Made by a program: the position numbers and the translations under genes. From Candidatus Yanofskybacteria bacterium CG10_big_fil_rev_8_21_14_0_10_36_16 (GTDB taxonomy: Bacteria > Patescibacteriota > Minisyncoccia > 2-02-FULL-40-12 > IGHO2-01-FULL-4-A), in contig PCXQ01000006.1 in the NCBI GenBank assembly GCA_002794035.1, positions 24,533 to 88,532 on the forward strand: 64,000 nt of DNA, given 5' to 3'. The notes under the pieces are model-generated. The model was given only the letters and a program-made list of their open reading frames with translations. It had not been told where the DNA came from and made no database searches. This document shows positions 26,670 through 36,621 of the stretch, piece after piece. Each line of letters starts with the position of its first letter. The stretch's first letter is position 1.

Positions 26670-28766
26670 ATGCCCGAAGAAACAACAAAAACAAAAAAGG
26701 AATCTAACTATGGTGCCAAGGATATATATGTTCTAGAAGGTCTTGATCCTGTTAGAAAAAGACCAGGAATGTATATTGGTTCAACAGGCATAGATGGTCT
26801 TCACCACCTTATTTGGGAGGTAGTAGACAACTCTTTAGATGAAGCCATGGGTGGCTATGCCACAGAAATAGAAGTAAGCCTACTTCCTGAAGGCAGAGTT
26901 TCAGTTAAAGATGACGGACGAGGTATTCCTGTTGAAACGCACAAACAAACTGGCAAATCAGCCCTTGAGACAGTTATGACAACCCTTCATGCCGGAGGTA
27001 AGTTCGGTGGAGAATCATACAAAGTAGCAGCTGGATTACACGGCGTAGGTGTTTCTGTAGTAAACGCTCTTTCAACATACTTAAAAGCAGAAGTTTGCCG
27101 TGACGGAGCAATATATGAACAAGAATATGTAAGAGGCAAGGCAAAGAGAGCCTTAAAAAAAGTAGGTAAATGTAAAGGCACAGGAACAACTGTCACATTT
27201 GAACCTGATCCAGAAATATTCAAAGACCGAAAATTTGATTGGAATAGAATTTTGTCCCATCTGCGTCAACAAGCATACTTAACTAAGGGAGTTAAAATCA
27301 CAATAAATGACAAAAGAAACCCGGTAGAGATTGTGGGGGCAAAGGAAAATGACGGTCACGTACTCTATCCAACTCATACATTTTATTTTGAAGGAGGAAT
27401 TGTTTCTTATGTTCAATATTTAAATCGTCATGAAGACGTCAGACATTCTAATATTTTTTATGTTAATAAAGAACAAGACAACATACTAACAGAGGTAGCA
27501 TTTCAATACACCAACGACATTCAGGGCCATGAATTAAGCTTTGCTAACAATGTTCACACAATAGAGGGAGGCATGCATGTAACCGGTTTTAGAACAGCCA
27601 TAACAAGAACTCTTAACGACTATGCAAGAAAAAATAATTTCCTTAAAGAAAAAGATGATAATCTAACTGGTGAGGATATCAGAGAAGGATTAACAGTTAT
27701 AATCTCCGTTAAATTACAAGAACCTCAGTTTGAAGGCCAGACCAAAGCAAAACTAGGAACAACAGAAGCAAGAACTGTTGTTGAGTCAGTAGTAAGCTCG
27801 GAATTAGCTGATTGGCTAGATCGTCATCCAAACGATGCAAAAGAAATTCTAGGCAAAGTAATTCTTGCAGCAAAAGCCAGAGTTGCGGCAAAGGCAGCAA
27901 GAGATACCGTCATTAGGAAAGGAGCACTTGAGGGTTTTACATTGCCTGGGAAATTAGCTGATTGTTCTTCTAAAAAAGCAGAGGAGTCAGAACTGTTTAT
28001 TGTTGAGGGTGAATCAGCGGGTGGTTCATCAAAGCAAGGACGAGATCGCAGAACTCAAGCCATCTTACCTTTGAAAGGAAAGATTTTAAACGTTGAAAAA
28101 GCGCGCATAGACCGCATGCTTTCATCTCAGGAAATAAGATCTTTGGTCATAGCATTGGGTACAGCTATTGCAGATGAATTCAACATTGATAAACTAAGAT
28201 ACCACAAAATAGTGATAATGACTGACGCTGATGTTGACGGTGCTCACATAAGAACACTTTTACTTACACTATTTTTTAGATATTTCAAAGCGCTAATAGA
28301 GGGCGGCTACGTTTATATAGCACAGCCCCCACTTTACAGAATCCAAAAAGGCAAAGAAATCACATATGCCTACACAGAAAAACAAAAGATTCAAATATTA
28401 GCAAGATTAGCAGATGCACAAGAAAATAAAAAAGAAAAAACCGAAAAAAAGGCCAAAGGAAAGAGATCACAAGACGAGAAATGGGAAGTAACAGAACTTG
28501 GTTCTGATAACAATGATGAATCATTAGAAGATGAAACAAAAATTTCGGGAATCTCAATACAAAGATACAAAGGTTTGGGTGAAATGAACCCGAGCCAGCT
28601 TTGGGACACAACAATGAACCCTGAAAGCCGGATGTTATTAAGGGTTGATATTGAGGATGCGGAAGAAGCAGATAAAATATTTGATATTCTCATGGGTTCT
28701 GAAGTTTTGCCAAGGAAAAGATTTATAGAAACCCACGCAAAAGACGTAAAGAATTTAGATATATAA
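26670..28766 (+). CDS. gyrB: DNA gyrase subunit B
   Basis: VRKRPGMYIG, EVVDNS, DDGRGIP, LHAGGKF, PGKLADC, PLKGK, MTDADVDG, RYKGLGEMN. Confidence 0.97.
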   Translation: MPEETTKTKKESNYGAKDIYVLEGLDPVRKRPGMYIGSTGIDGLHHLIWEVVDNSLDEAMGGYATEIEVSLLPEGRVSVKDDGRGIPVETHKQTGKSALETVMTTLHAGGKFGGESYKVAAGLHGVGVSVVNALSTYLKAEVCRDGAIYEQEYVRGKAKRALKKVGKCKGTGTTVTFEPDPEIFKDRKFDWNRILSHLRQQAYLTKGVKITINDKRNPVEIVGAKENDGHVLYPTHTFYFEGGIVSYVQYLNRHEDVRHSNIFYVNKEQDNILTEVAFQYTNDIQGHELSFANNVHTIEGGMHVTGFRTAITRTLNDYARKNNFLKEKDDNLTGEDIREGLTVIISVKLQEPQFEGQTKAKLGTTEARTVVESVVSSELADWLDRHPNDAKEILGKVILAAKARVAAKAARDTVIRKGALEGFTLPGKLADCSSKKAEESELFIVEGESAGGSSKQGRDRRTQAILPLKGKILNVEKARIDRMLSSQEIRSLVIALGTAIADEFNIDKLRYHKIVIMTDADVDGAHIRTLLLTLFFRYFKALIEGGYVYIAQPPLYRIQKGKEITYAYTEKQKIQILARLADAQENKKEKTEKKAKGKRSQDEKWEVTELGSDNNDESLEDETKISGISIQRYKGLGEMNPSQLWDTTMNPESRMLLRVDIEDAEEADKIFDILMGSEVLPRKRFIETHAKDVKNLDI

Positions 28767-28781
28767 AATCATCGTTCGAGG

Positions 28782-28810
28782 TTGACTTTAAAGGGCGTTT
28801 GATATATACT
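28782..28810 (+). promoter_or_regulatory. Sigma70-type promoter for secE-nusG
   Basis: TTGACT-N17-TATACT. Confidence 0.65.
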
Positions 28811-28861
28811 TGTATTATAAGTGAATGACGCCCCGGAAGGGGTTTTAAAATAGAAACATAT

Positions 28862-28949
28862 AACATCAATTCCAGTTAAGAACTCCCGATGCAAAGCATC
28901 GAGGTTCCTCAATAATCTAATCGAGGGACTCGAAAGATTTATCGGGATT
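28862..28949. repeat. Structured intergenic repeat, copy 1 (upstream of secE)
   Basis: AACATCAATTCCAGTTAA-AACTCCCGATGCAAAGCATCGAGGTTCCTC...ATCGGG; other copies at 29726 and 34039. Confidence 0.85.
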
Positions 28950-28957
28950 TCGATGAA

Positions 28958-29137
28958 ATGGACAAAGTCACTTCTTTTCTCAAAGATGTAAAATTAGAAA
29001 TGTCGAGGGTCAGCTGGCCCACAAAAGAACAAACCGTTAAATATACGGCCGTAGTTACGGTGATAAGTTTAATCGTGGCAGGATTTTTGGGAGGACTAGA
29101 TGTAATATTTCAATATATATTAAATAAAATAATTTAG
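28958..29137 (+). CDS. secE: Preprotein translocase subunit SecE (59 aa; not in the ORF track)
   Basis: MDKVTSFLKDVKLEMSRVSWPTKEQTVKYTAVVTVISLIVAGFLGGLD..; directly upstream of nusG. Confidence 0.93.
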   Translation: MDKVTSFLKDVKLEMSRVSWPTKEQTVKYTAVVTVISLIVAGFLGGLDVIFQYILNKII

Positions 29138-29175
29138 TTTAGGTTCAAATTGTTTTAACTTGAACCTTTGATGAG

Positions 29176-29721
29176 ATGCCTAAACAACAAGAAACAAAAG
29201 AAAAACAATGGTTTGCTATCCATACCTATTCAGGATACGAAGATAACGTTATGCAAAACCTCAAACAAAGAGTTGAATCTTTGGGTTATGAAGACAAAAT
29301 ATTTAATGTTGTAGTACCAAAAGAAAAAAAGGTTAAAATGAAAGGCGGCAAAAGATCGACTTTTGAAGAAAAAATATACCCGGGCTATGTTTTGGTTGAA
29401 ATGATAGTAACTGATGATTCATGGTATATAGTAAGAAACACACCAAATGTTACAGGATTTATAGGTGCAGGGACAACCCCAACACCTCTTGCCAAAGAAG
29501 AGATAGACAATCTCATGAAAAGAATGGGTGTTGAAGAACCTAAATATAAGATTGACGTAATGGTAGGTGATATGGTAAAAATCACCGACGGACCTTTCAA
29601 AGATTTTGATGGCCGTGTATCTGAAGTAGACATTGATAGAGGCAGAATAAAAGTTTTAGTAGCAATATTCGGAAGAGAAACACCCGTAGAATTGGATTTC
29701 CTCCAAGTTAAAAAACTATAA
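29176..29721 (+). CDS. nusG: Transcription termination/antitermination factor NusG
   Basis: WFAIHTYSGYE, YPGYVLVEM, RNTPNVTGF, KOW GPFKDFDG, FGRETPVEL. Confidence 0.97.
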   Translation: MPKQQETKEKQWFAIHTYSGYEDNVMQNLKQRVESLGYEDKIFNVVVPKEKKVKMKGGKRSTFEEKIYPGYVLVEMIVTDDSWYIVRNTPNVTGFIGAGTTPTPLAKEEIDNLMKRMGVEEPKYKIDVMVGDMVKITDGPFKDFDGRVSEVDIDRGRIKVLVAIFGRETPVELDFLQVKKL

Positions 29722-29725
29722 AAAA

Positions 29726-29790
29726 AACTCCCGATGCAAAGCATCGAGGTTCCTCAATAATCTAATCGAGGGACTCGAAAGATTATCGGG
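29726..29790. repeat. Structured intergenic repeat, copy 2 (nusG-rplK)
   Basis: Near-identical to 28881-28946 (one-base indel). Confidence 0.85.
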
Positions 29791-29964
29791 TATTCAACGT
29801 TTAACATCGATTCCAGCTAATATCTCGGTGATTCAATCGGCATCTCTGCTTCGCAGAGGCCGATCACCGACCATAGAATTGTTTTAAAGAAGCAAACCTC
29901 TCGGGAGGAAAGAAAGAACTTCTTTAAAACAATTCTACTGATATTAACTTGAACCTTCGATGAT

Positions 29965-30387
29965 ATGGCTAAAAAGATTAAAACAATTATAAAACTACAA
30001 GTAGAGGGGGGGAAGGCTACACCAGCTCCACCTGTGGGAACAGCATTGGGTCCTCATGGATTAAATATCCAGGAGTTTGTATTAAAATTCAACGAAGCAA
30101 CCAAAGATAAAGTAGGCGAAGTAACCCCTGTTGAATTAACTGTTTATGAAGATAGGACTTTTGATTTTAAATTAAAGACCCCGCCTGCTGCATTTTTACT
30201 GCGAAAAGCTGCTGGTATTGAAAAAGGTTCAGGTGAACCAAACAGAAAGAAAGTGGGCAAAGTTACAAAAGACCAAGTACGTCTAATAGCAGAACAAAAA
30301 ATGGCAGATTTAAATGCAAACGATATTGAAAATGCATCAAGGATAATAGAAGGGACTGCTCGCTCAATGGGAATTGAAATAAAATAA
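29965..30387 (+). CDS. rplK: 50S ribosomal protein L11
   Basis: [25 protein letters not shown]. Confidence 0.98.
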   Translation: MAKKIKTIIKLQVEGGKATPAPPVGTALGPHGLNIQEFVLKFNEATKDKVGEVTPVELTVYEDRTFDFKLKTPPAAFLLRKAAGIEKGSGEPNRKKVGKVTKDQVRLIAEQKMADLNANDIENASRIIEGTARSMGIEIK

Positions 30388-30404
30388 AATAAAAAAAAAT
30401 CTAT

Positions 30405-30448
30405 TAAAATAAAAACCATCACGTTAATGCGTGATGGTTTTTATTTTA
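30405..30448 (+). terminator. Rho-independent terminator after rplK
   Basis: TAAAATAAAAACCATCACG-ttaatg-CGTGATGGTTTTTATTTTA. Confidence 0.85.
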
Positions 30449-30581
30449 GTTTGTGTTGATAACAGCATGCTAAAACTAAGTTATAATATAAGTATATTTG
30501 GAGTTAACATTAAACAACTTAACGATATGATTATGTAAACAAAACCGCATGGTACGGTGTTTTTGGAATTTTTAATTTATT

Positions 30582-31151
30582 ATGCCAAATCAAGAACCGG
30601 GCAATATACAACTACTGCCCGCGACAAGAAAAGAAGTCAAAATAAAAAGGCGCAGAAGCTTTAAGGATTTTATAATACCAGCAGGTGCCATAGGAATTGT
30701 TTTGGCAATTTATGGCGGTTTATTTTATTACAAAAATACATTAATGAATCAACTGACAAACATTGACCAAGAAATTTTAGTAGTAGAAAGAAGCCGAGAC
30801 AAGGAACTTGAAAAGGAAATTTTGTCCCTTGAAAAACAACTAAGCATAGTAGGCCCCATGCTTAACAATCATATATTTTGGTCCAAGGGTTTAGAAAAAA
30901 TTGAATCTCTAATAAAACCCCAGATAGAAATTGAGACTCTTTCCATTGATACAGTAAAATCAGAAGTTTCTGTAAGTATTAACGCATTGAACTATTTGAT
31001 AATAGCAAAACAAATTGCTGCACTGTTTTCAGATGATGTTATTACCGCGGTTTCTTTAGGAGAAATGAGATTAGACCAAAACGGCAGAATAACCTCCTCC
31101 ATGAGAATAGGATTTGACGGCGACAAACTATTAAAACAAAGAGTGGAATAG
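30582..31151 (+). CDS. PilN-like alignment protein
   Basis: IQLLP N-terminal motif, TM, coiled coil, H..WS; first gene of the pilus cluster. Confidence 0.7.
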   Translation: MPNQEPGNIQLLPATRKEVKIKRRRSFKDFIIPAGAIGIVLAIYGGLFYYKNTLMNQLTNIDQEILVVERSRDKELEKEILSLEKQLSIVGPMLNNHIFWSKGLEKIESLIKPQIEIETLSIDTVKSEVSVSINALNYLIIAKQIAALFSDDVITAVSLGEMRLDQNGRITSSMRIGFDGDKLLKQRVE

Positions 31152-31194
31152 ATAATTTGCACTAAAAGTTTTTAATAAAAAATAAATTAATTTA

Positions 31195-31728
31195 ATGATA
31201 AGAAATATTTTACCTTCATTTTTAATTGGTGCTGCCTTCTTCGGGATTTTTGTGTTGGTACTACCTCAATATGATTCCATTAAAACTCTTTGGGGTGAAA
31301 TAGCATCAAGACAAGAAATATTAGACGAAAGACGAGAGGCCTTACAATCTGTAACAGCACTAGGAAGACAAATAAGGAATAGCGAAGAACTTGAAAGATT
31401 AGAGTTACTAGTCCCCACAAGCGCTAAAACAGAGGAAATAATTTCCAGCTTAGACAATATTGCTGCCCAATCAGGATTAACAATGAATAGTCTTACTGTT
31501 GCAGGCACTACAAACAACACAAAAAGAGGCGGCAGTTCCGGATATAAAAACGTACTAATAGACATTTCCCTCAATGGAAGCTACAACTCATTACTTAATT
31601 TCCTATCATTAATTGAACAAAACTTAAGGGTATACGACATAAATGAAATCTCTATGACAACTGATCGCGGTAGCTTCCTAATAAACCTAACCATTAACGC
31701 TTACCAATTAGAGGTACCCGAGGGCTAA
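31195..31728 (+). CDS. pilO: PilO-like alignment protein
   Basis: TM, coiled coil, IAAQSGL, GSYNSLLNFLSLIEQNLR. Confidence 0.8.
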   Translation: MIRNILPSFLIGAAFFGIFVLVLPQYDSIKTLWGEIASRQEILDERREALQSVTALGRQIRNSEELERLELLVPTSAKTEEIISSLDNIAAQSGLTMNSLTVAGTTNNTKRGGSSGYKNVLIDISLNGSYNSLLNFLSLIEQNLRVYDINEISMTTDRGSFLINLTINAYQLEVPEG

Positions 31729-31754
31729 TAAATAATTAATATTAAAATAATCTA

Positions 31755-32120
31755 ATGGCAAATTCTATAAGACAAAAAAGCTCTACTAAAACCATGCTAA
31801 TTATGATGGTATTTTTGGGTATAGCAGCGGGTTATATTTTTTATTTTCAAACGCTAAAAGACCAAGCGCTAAGCATTGCACCATTGCCAATTAGAACAGG
31901 CGATGATCTTACTAAGCTAAAAGATAAAAAACTTAATTTGACTGTTTTTAATAATAATATTTATAAAACCCTTCGTATTTTTGGAGAGGTTCCTGTAGAC
32001 CCAGGCATAGTTGGCAAAGAAAACCTTTTTGATCTAATAAGCGTACCAGAGGAAGCACTCCAGCCTTCTCCACAGCCTGAAGAATCTGCGCCACCAGAAA
32101 CAACCCCACAAGCTCAATAA
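31755..32120 (+). CDS. Small membrane-anchored pilus protein at the PilP position
   Basis: TM followed by a soluble region with GKENLF; lies between pilO and pilB. Confidence 0.5.
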   Translation: MANSIRQKSSTKTMLIMMVFLGIAAGYIFYFQTLKDQALSIAPLPIRTGDDLTKLKDKKLNLTVFNNNIYKTLRIFGEVPVDPGIVGKENLFDLISVPEEALQPSPQPEESAPPETTPQAQ

Positions 32121-32234
32121 CATTTAATAAAAATAAAAACTAATAAATCAGGCTATAGTACTAAAACCTTGAACAACCAAAACACGGGATATCTCAGACT
32201 TGGCACTTTTAGCTTATGGTTTATCTAAAAGTAA

Positions 32235-34025
32235 TTGCCCTATAAACAACCCACGTATCTAATAAGTGAGATAACAAAAAGGGGGCTCATAGCGCCCGAG
32301 GTTATTAGCATAGCAGAAACAGAAGCTGTTGAAGAAAACAAAGATTTAGGACAAATACTTGTTGAAAAAGAAGCTATTGATGATGACAATCTAGCAAAGT
32401 TAAAATCTGAAATATATCAACTCCCAATCGTTAATCTTCCTTCTGTTGAAGTCAAAAAAGAAGTAGCTCAATTAATTTCTGCTGATGTTATGGAATTTTA
32501 CCAGATAATCCCTTTTGCTATTGAAGGCGATATTTTAAAAGTTGCGATAGTAAACCCTGAAGACATAGATGCTCTTGAGGCATTAAAATTCATAGCAGCG
32601 GAAAAAGAGCTAACTACCGAGAAATACATAATAACATACAAGGATTTTGAAAACTTAAAAAGAAATTTAAGACCACTATCACGAGAAGTAGGCAAAGCCC
32701 TAGAATCATTCTCCCAAGAAACATCAAAAAAGGAGCTGGAGTTGGAAAAAGGAGGAGGTCTTGATGAAATCACCGTGGATGCTCCGGTAAGCAGGATAGT
32801 AGCAGCTATTGTAAAACATGCCGTTGATACAAGAGCATCAGACATACACGTAGAACCTTTTGAGGAAAGCGTACGGTTAAGATTTAGAATTGATGGTGTT
32901 ATGCAAATAATGCTATCTTTGCCAAAAAATCTTTTAGCACCGGTTGTGACTAGAATTAAAATATTATCTGAAATGAAAATAGATGAGACTCGCATACCTC
33001 AAGACGGCCGTTTCTCCACAGCTCTAGGAGATAGAAAGATAGACTTTCGTGTGTCAACAATACCAACAAGGAACGGAGAAAAAACCGTTATGAGAATTTT
33101 AGACCCGCTAGTGGGAGATATAAACCTAACGGAGCTTGGACTTGAAGGCCGCTCCCTAAAATTAGTAAGAGAAAACATAAACAAACCATTTGGTTCTATA
33201 TTAATAACAGGTCCTACAGGATCAGGAAAATCAACGACTCTTGCAGCAATATTAAGAGAAATAAACGATGAGGGCATTAACATCATAACCCTTGAAAACC
33301 CTATTGAATATTATGTAGAGGGCGTAAACCAATCTCAAATTCATGAAGAAGTAGGTTATACCTTCGCATCAGGTCTTAGACACATATTAAGGCAAGACCC
33401 AGATATAATAATGGTAGGTGAGATACGTGATGGTGAGACGGCTAATCTGGCAATTCAATCTGCCCTTACCGGTCACTTAGTATTGTCAACACTCCACACA
33501 AATGACACAATAGGCATAATACCCAGATTGGTAAACATGGGTGTTGAGCCATACCTTGTGGCCCCAACCTTAAACATAGGGCTTGCTCAGCGTCTTTTAA
33601 GAAAGTTATGCGATCAATGCAAAGCAGAAACAAAAGCTACTTCTTCTGAAGCCGAAATTATTAAACGAGCGCTTAAAAATATGCCAGAAGATGAGAAGAA
33701 AGATTTACAACAAGACAATTTCAAAATCTATAAAGCAGGCGAAGGATGCAAAGAATGCGGAGGCAAGGCATACAAAGGACGAATCGCCATATTTGAAACT
33801 CTTGAAATGACTGACCAGCTTGAAAAAATTATACTTGGAAAAATTTCAGAGCAAGCTTTTCGTGAAGAAGCTAAAAGACAAGGAATGATATCGGTGTTCC
33901 AAGATGGCATAAGAAAAGTCCTTCATGGCGTATCTTCCCTAGAAGAATTATTCACAGTAGCTCAAGAAGGACAAGAGAGCAGTGATAAAAATGAAAAAGA
34001 AATAACTAAAAATAATATAAATTAG
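32235..34025 (+). CDS. pilB: PilB/GspE assembly ATPase
   Basis: N-terminal LGQILV/T2SSE_N region, ASDIHVEP, GPTGSGKS, RQDPDIIMVGEIRD, LSTLHTN, zinc motif. Confidence 0.93.
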   Translation: MPYKQPTYLISEITKRGLIAPEVISIAETEAVEENKDLGQILVEKEAIDDDNLAKLKSEIYQLPIVNLPSVEVKKEVAQLISADVMEFYQIIPFAIEGDILKVAIVNPEDIDALEALKFIAAEKELTTEKYIITYKDFENLKRNLRPLSREVGKALESFSQETSKKELELEKGGGLDEITVDAPVSRIVAAIVKHAVDTRASDIHVEPFEESVRLRFRIDGVMQIMLSLPKNLLAPVVTRIKILSEMKIDETRIPQDGRFSTALGDRKIDFRVSTIPTRNGEKTVMRILDPLVGDINLTELGLEGRSLKLVRENINKPFGSILITGPTGSGKSTTLAAILREINDEGINIITLENPIEYYVEGVNQSQIHEEVGYTFASGLRHILRQDPDIIMVGEIRDGETANLAIQSALTGHLVLSTLHTNDTIGIIPRLVNMGVEPYLVAPTLNIGLAQRLLRKLCDQCKAETKATSSEAEIIKRALKNMPEDEKKDLQQDNFKIYKAGEGCKECGGKAYKGRIAIFETLEMTDQLEKIILGKISEQAFREEAKRQGMISVFQDGIRKVLHGVSSLEELFTVAQEGQESSDKNEKEITKNNIN

Positions 34026-34038
34026 AGGTTTGCAATTA

Positions 34039-34126
34039 AACATCAATTCCAGTTAAAAACTCCCGATGCCTTGCATCGAGAATCCTCGATAATTAAATCA
34101 AGGAACTCGAAAAATTTATTGGGATT
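34039..34126. repeat. Structured intergenic repeat, copy 3 (upstream of pilT), diverged
   Basis: AACATCAATTCCAGTTAAAAACTCCCGATGCCTTGCATCGAG...ACTCGAAAAATTTATTGGGATT. Confidence 0.8.
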
Positions 34127-34134
34127 CCAACACA

Positions 34135-35205
34135 GTGGACTACCAAAAACAAATAAATGACTTGTTAATGGAAACAGCCCAAAAAAATGGGTCTGATTTG
34201 CATTTATCGCCTGGATATTATCCAACAGTTAGAATTGATGGCCGACTTATACCACTAACTGATTACAAGGTTTTAGATTCCCAAACACTGGAAAGCATGG
34301 CTTTTAGCATAATAGATGATTTTAAGAAAGACAGATTTAAAACAGAAAAAGAGCTTGATTTTACATACGAACTAAAAGGGCGAATAAGATTTAGATCTAA
34401 CTTTTATTTAACCAGAGGAAAAATAGCAGCTGCATTCAGGCTTATTCCTACTGAGATTAAAACTTTGGAGGAGTTAAGACTTCCGCCTATTCTAAAGATT
34501 TTTAGTAAGCTATCTCAAGGTTTTGTTCTTATTGTCGGACCAAACGGTCACGGGAAAACGACAACCTTGGCGGCACTAATAGATTCAATCAACAAAGAAA
34601 GGGCTGAAAAAATAGTTACCATAGAAGACCCGATTGAATATGTGTACACTCCCGACAAATGTATAATAGACCAAAGAGAGCTAGGTCAGGACACGCTTTC
34701 ATTCGGTAAAGCACTTAGATCAACTTTTAGAGAAAACGTAAACGTAATTATGGTAGGTGAGATGAGGGATTACGAAACAATGAGCGCAGCTGTAACAGCA
34801 GCTGAGACAGGGCACTTGGTATTTGGCACTCTTCACACCAATAATGCAGCTCAAACAATTCAAAGAATTGTTGATACTTTTCCGCCCTCACAACAAGCAC
34901 AGGTAATAGCACAGTTAGCAAATACTATCTCAGGAATTGTTTCTCAAAGATTAATACCTAGGATCAAAGGAGGTCAGATCCCGGCAGTAGAAGTTTTAAT
35001 AGCAAATTCTGCAGTAAGAACTTTGATAAGAGAAAGAAAATTCCAACAGTTAAACCTTGTAATAGATACGAGTTTTGAGAGCGGAATGATATCTTTGAAC
35101 AGATATCTTGCGAATCTTGTAAAGAATAAGGAAGTATCAAAAGAACAGGCAGAATTCTTCTCATTAAACCCAGAAGAATTAAAAGAATTAATGAAAAACT
35201 ATTAA
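34135..35205 (+). CDS. pilT: PilT retraction ATPase
   Basis: SDLHL, GPNGHGKT, EDPIEY, GEMRD, AETGHLVFGTLHT, AVRTLIRE (AIRNLIRE-like). Confidence 0.93.
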   Translation: MDYQKQINDLLMETAQKNGSDLHLSPGYYPTVRIDGRLIPLTDYKVLDSQTLESMAFSIIDDFKKDRFKTEKELDFTYELKGRIRFRSNFYLTRGKIAAAFRLIPTEIKTLEELRLPPILKIFSKLSQGFVLIVGPNGHGKTTTLAALIDSINKERAEKIVTIEDPIEYVYTPDKCIIDQRELGQDTLSFGKALRSTFRENVNVIMVGEMRDYETMSAAVTAAETGHLVFGTLHTNNAAQTIQRIVDTFPPSQQAQVIAQLANTISGIVSQRLIPRIKGGQIPAVEVLIANSAVRTLIRERKFQQLNLVIDTSFESGMISLNRYLANLVKNKEVSKEQAEFFSLNPEELKELMKNY

Positions 35206-35233
35206 AACTTATAAATAGTTTCTAAGTTTATAA

Positions 35234-36448
35234 ATGGCAGAGTTTATTTACCAAGCAAAAAATCCAGCTGGTGAAACAGTTGAAGGGAAAATAGACGCAC
35301 CGTCAGAAAATGACGCCGTTAATTTTTTGCATGAAAGAAATTTTGTAATATTAAGCCTTGAAGAAGCACAAAAGAATATATTCAGCATAGACATTTCATC
35401 TCTATTTGAGCAGGCAAATACCAAAGACATCGTTATATTCACGAGGCAGCTAGCTACTCTACTAGGAGCTGATGTACCCTTAGTTGAAGGCATAAAAACA
35501 ATAGCAAGGCAAACAGAAAAAGAATCATTTAAAAAAATAATAAATGCCGTAGCTGCATCTGTCGAAGGAGGCGCAGCATTATCGGCTGCCTTATCTGAAT
35601 TTGGTGATATTTTTTCTGATTTTTACATCAGCTTGGTAAAAGCAGGTGAAGTTTCAGGCAAACTTAATGAAACCCTTAATTATCTAGCGGATTACCTTGA
35701 AAGAAAGGAAGGTATCAGCTCAACCATTCGAGGAGCAATGGCATATCCTGTTTTTGTTCTTATTGCCCTTGTTATTGTAATGATAATAATGATGATATGG
35801 GTTTTACCGCAACTATTGGCCATTATCAGTGATGCAGGGGTTAAAGAAATTCCCTTTACTACCAGGGTTATAATATTCACAACAGAATTTTTTAATAAAT
35901 ACATATTACTAATCGCCTTAGGAGCAATAATGGCTGGAATGGGCCTTTTTAGTTATTTAAAAACACCAGGGGGCAAGGTTTGGTTTGATGGATTTAAAAT
36001 TTCAATTCCAAGACTCGGAAGCATAATAAAAAGCTTTTATATCTCACGTTTCGCAGAAACCTTATCAACACTAATTAAAGCAGGAGTACCAATATTAAGA
36101 TCGTTACAGGTAACAGGAGATGTTGTCGGAAATTCGATTTACAAGGAATCTATAATGGAGGCTCATGAAAGCATAAAAACAGGAGGAACAATGTCTGAGG
36201 TATTCCAAAAATACCCCAATGAATTTCCGACATTAGTTACATCAATGTTATCCATTGGAGAAAAAACTGGAAGAACTGATTTTATGCTTGAAAACATATT
36301 TAATTTTTACAAAAAAGAAACCGAAAACAGCATAAACAGTTTATCTCAACTTCTTGAACCTGTAATGATTATGATTCTAGGTATAGGTGTAGCATTTTTG
36401 GTTTCGGGTATACTTTTGCCTATATACAGCTTGGTTGGATCAAATTAA
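35234..36448 (+). CDS. pilC: PilC platform protein
   Basis: FTRQLATLL, GEVSGKL, AMAYP, GEKTG, LLEP. Confidence 0.93.
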   Translation: MAEFIYQAKNPAGETVEGKIDAPSENDAVNFLHERNFVILSLEEAQKNIFSIDISSLFEQANTKDIVIFTRQLATLLGADVPLVEGIKTIARQTEKESFKKIINAVAASVEGGAALSAALSEFGDIFSDFYISLVKAGEVSGKLNETLNYLADYLERKEGISSTIRGAMAYPVFVLIALVIVMIIMMIWVLPQLLAIISDAGVKEIPFTTRVIIFTTEFFNKYILLIALGAIMAGMGLFSYLKTPGGKVWFDGFKISIPRLGSIIKSFYISRFAETLSTLIKAGVPILRSLQVTGDVVGNSIYKESIMEAHESIKTGGTMSEVFQKYPNEFPTLVTSMLSIGEKTGRTDFMLENIFNFYKKETENSINSLSQLLEPVMIMILGIGVAFLVSGILLPIYSLVGSN

Positions 36449-36621
36449 AGTTAATTTTTACTTTTTTAATATTTTATGTTTGATATTAATGTTGATAACA
36501 TTCTTGCTAGTAACCTATGATATAAAATATAATTAAATTAAATAGCTATAATATTAATTACAGCTTAAATTTTGTTTGACAGTTCGTTAGATAATAGTCG
36601 GATGTATCCGTCAATTGTCCA

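Noticed and set aside
28410-28545. Lys/Glu-rich segment in GyrB as an intein or mobile insert
   Set aside because: No intein termini or palindrome; it lies in the known variable region before QRYKGLGEM.
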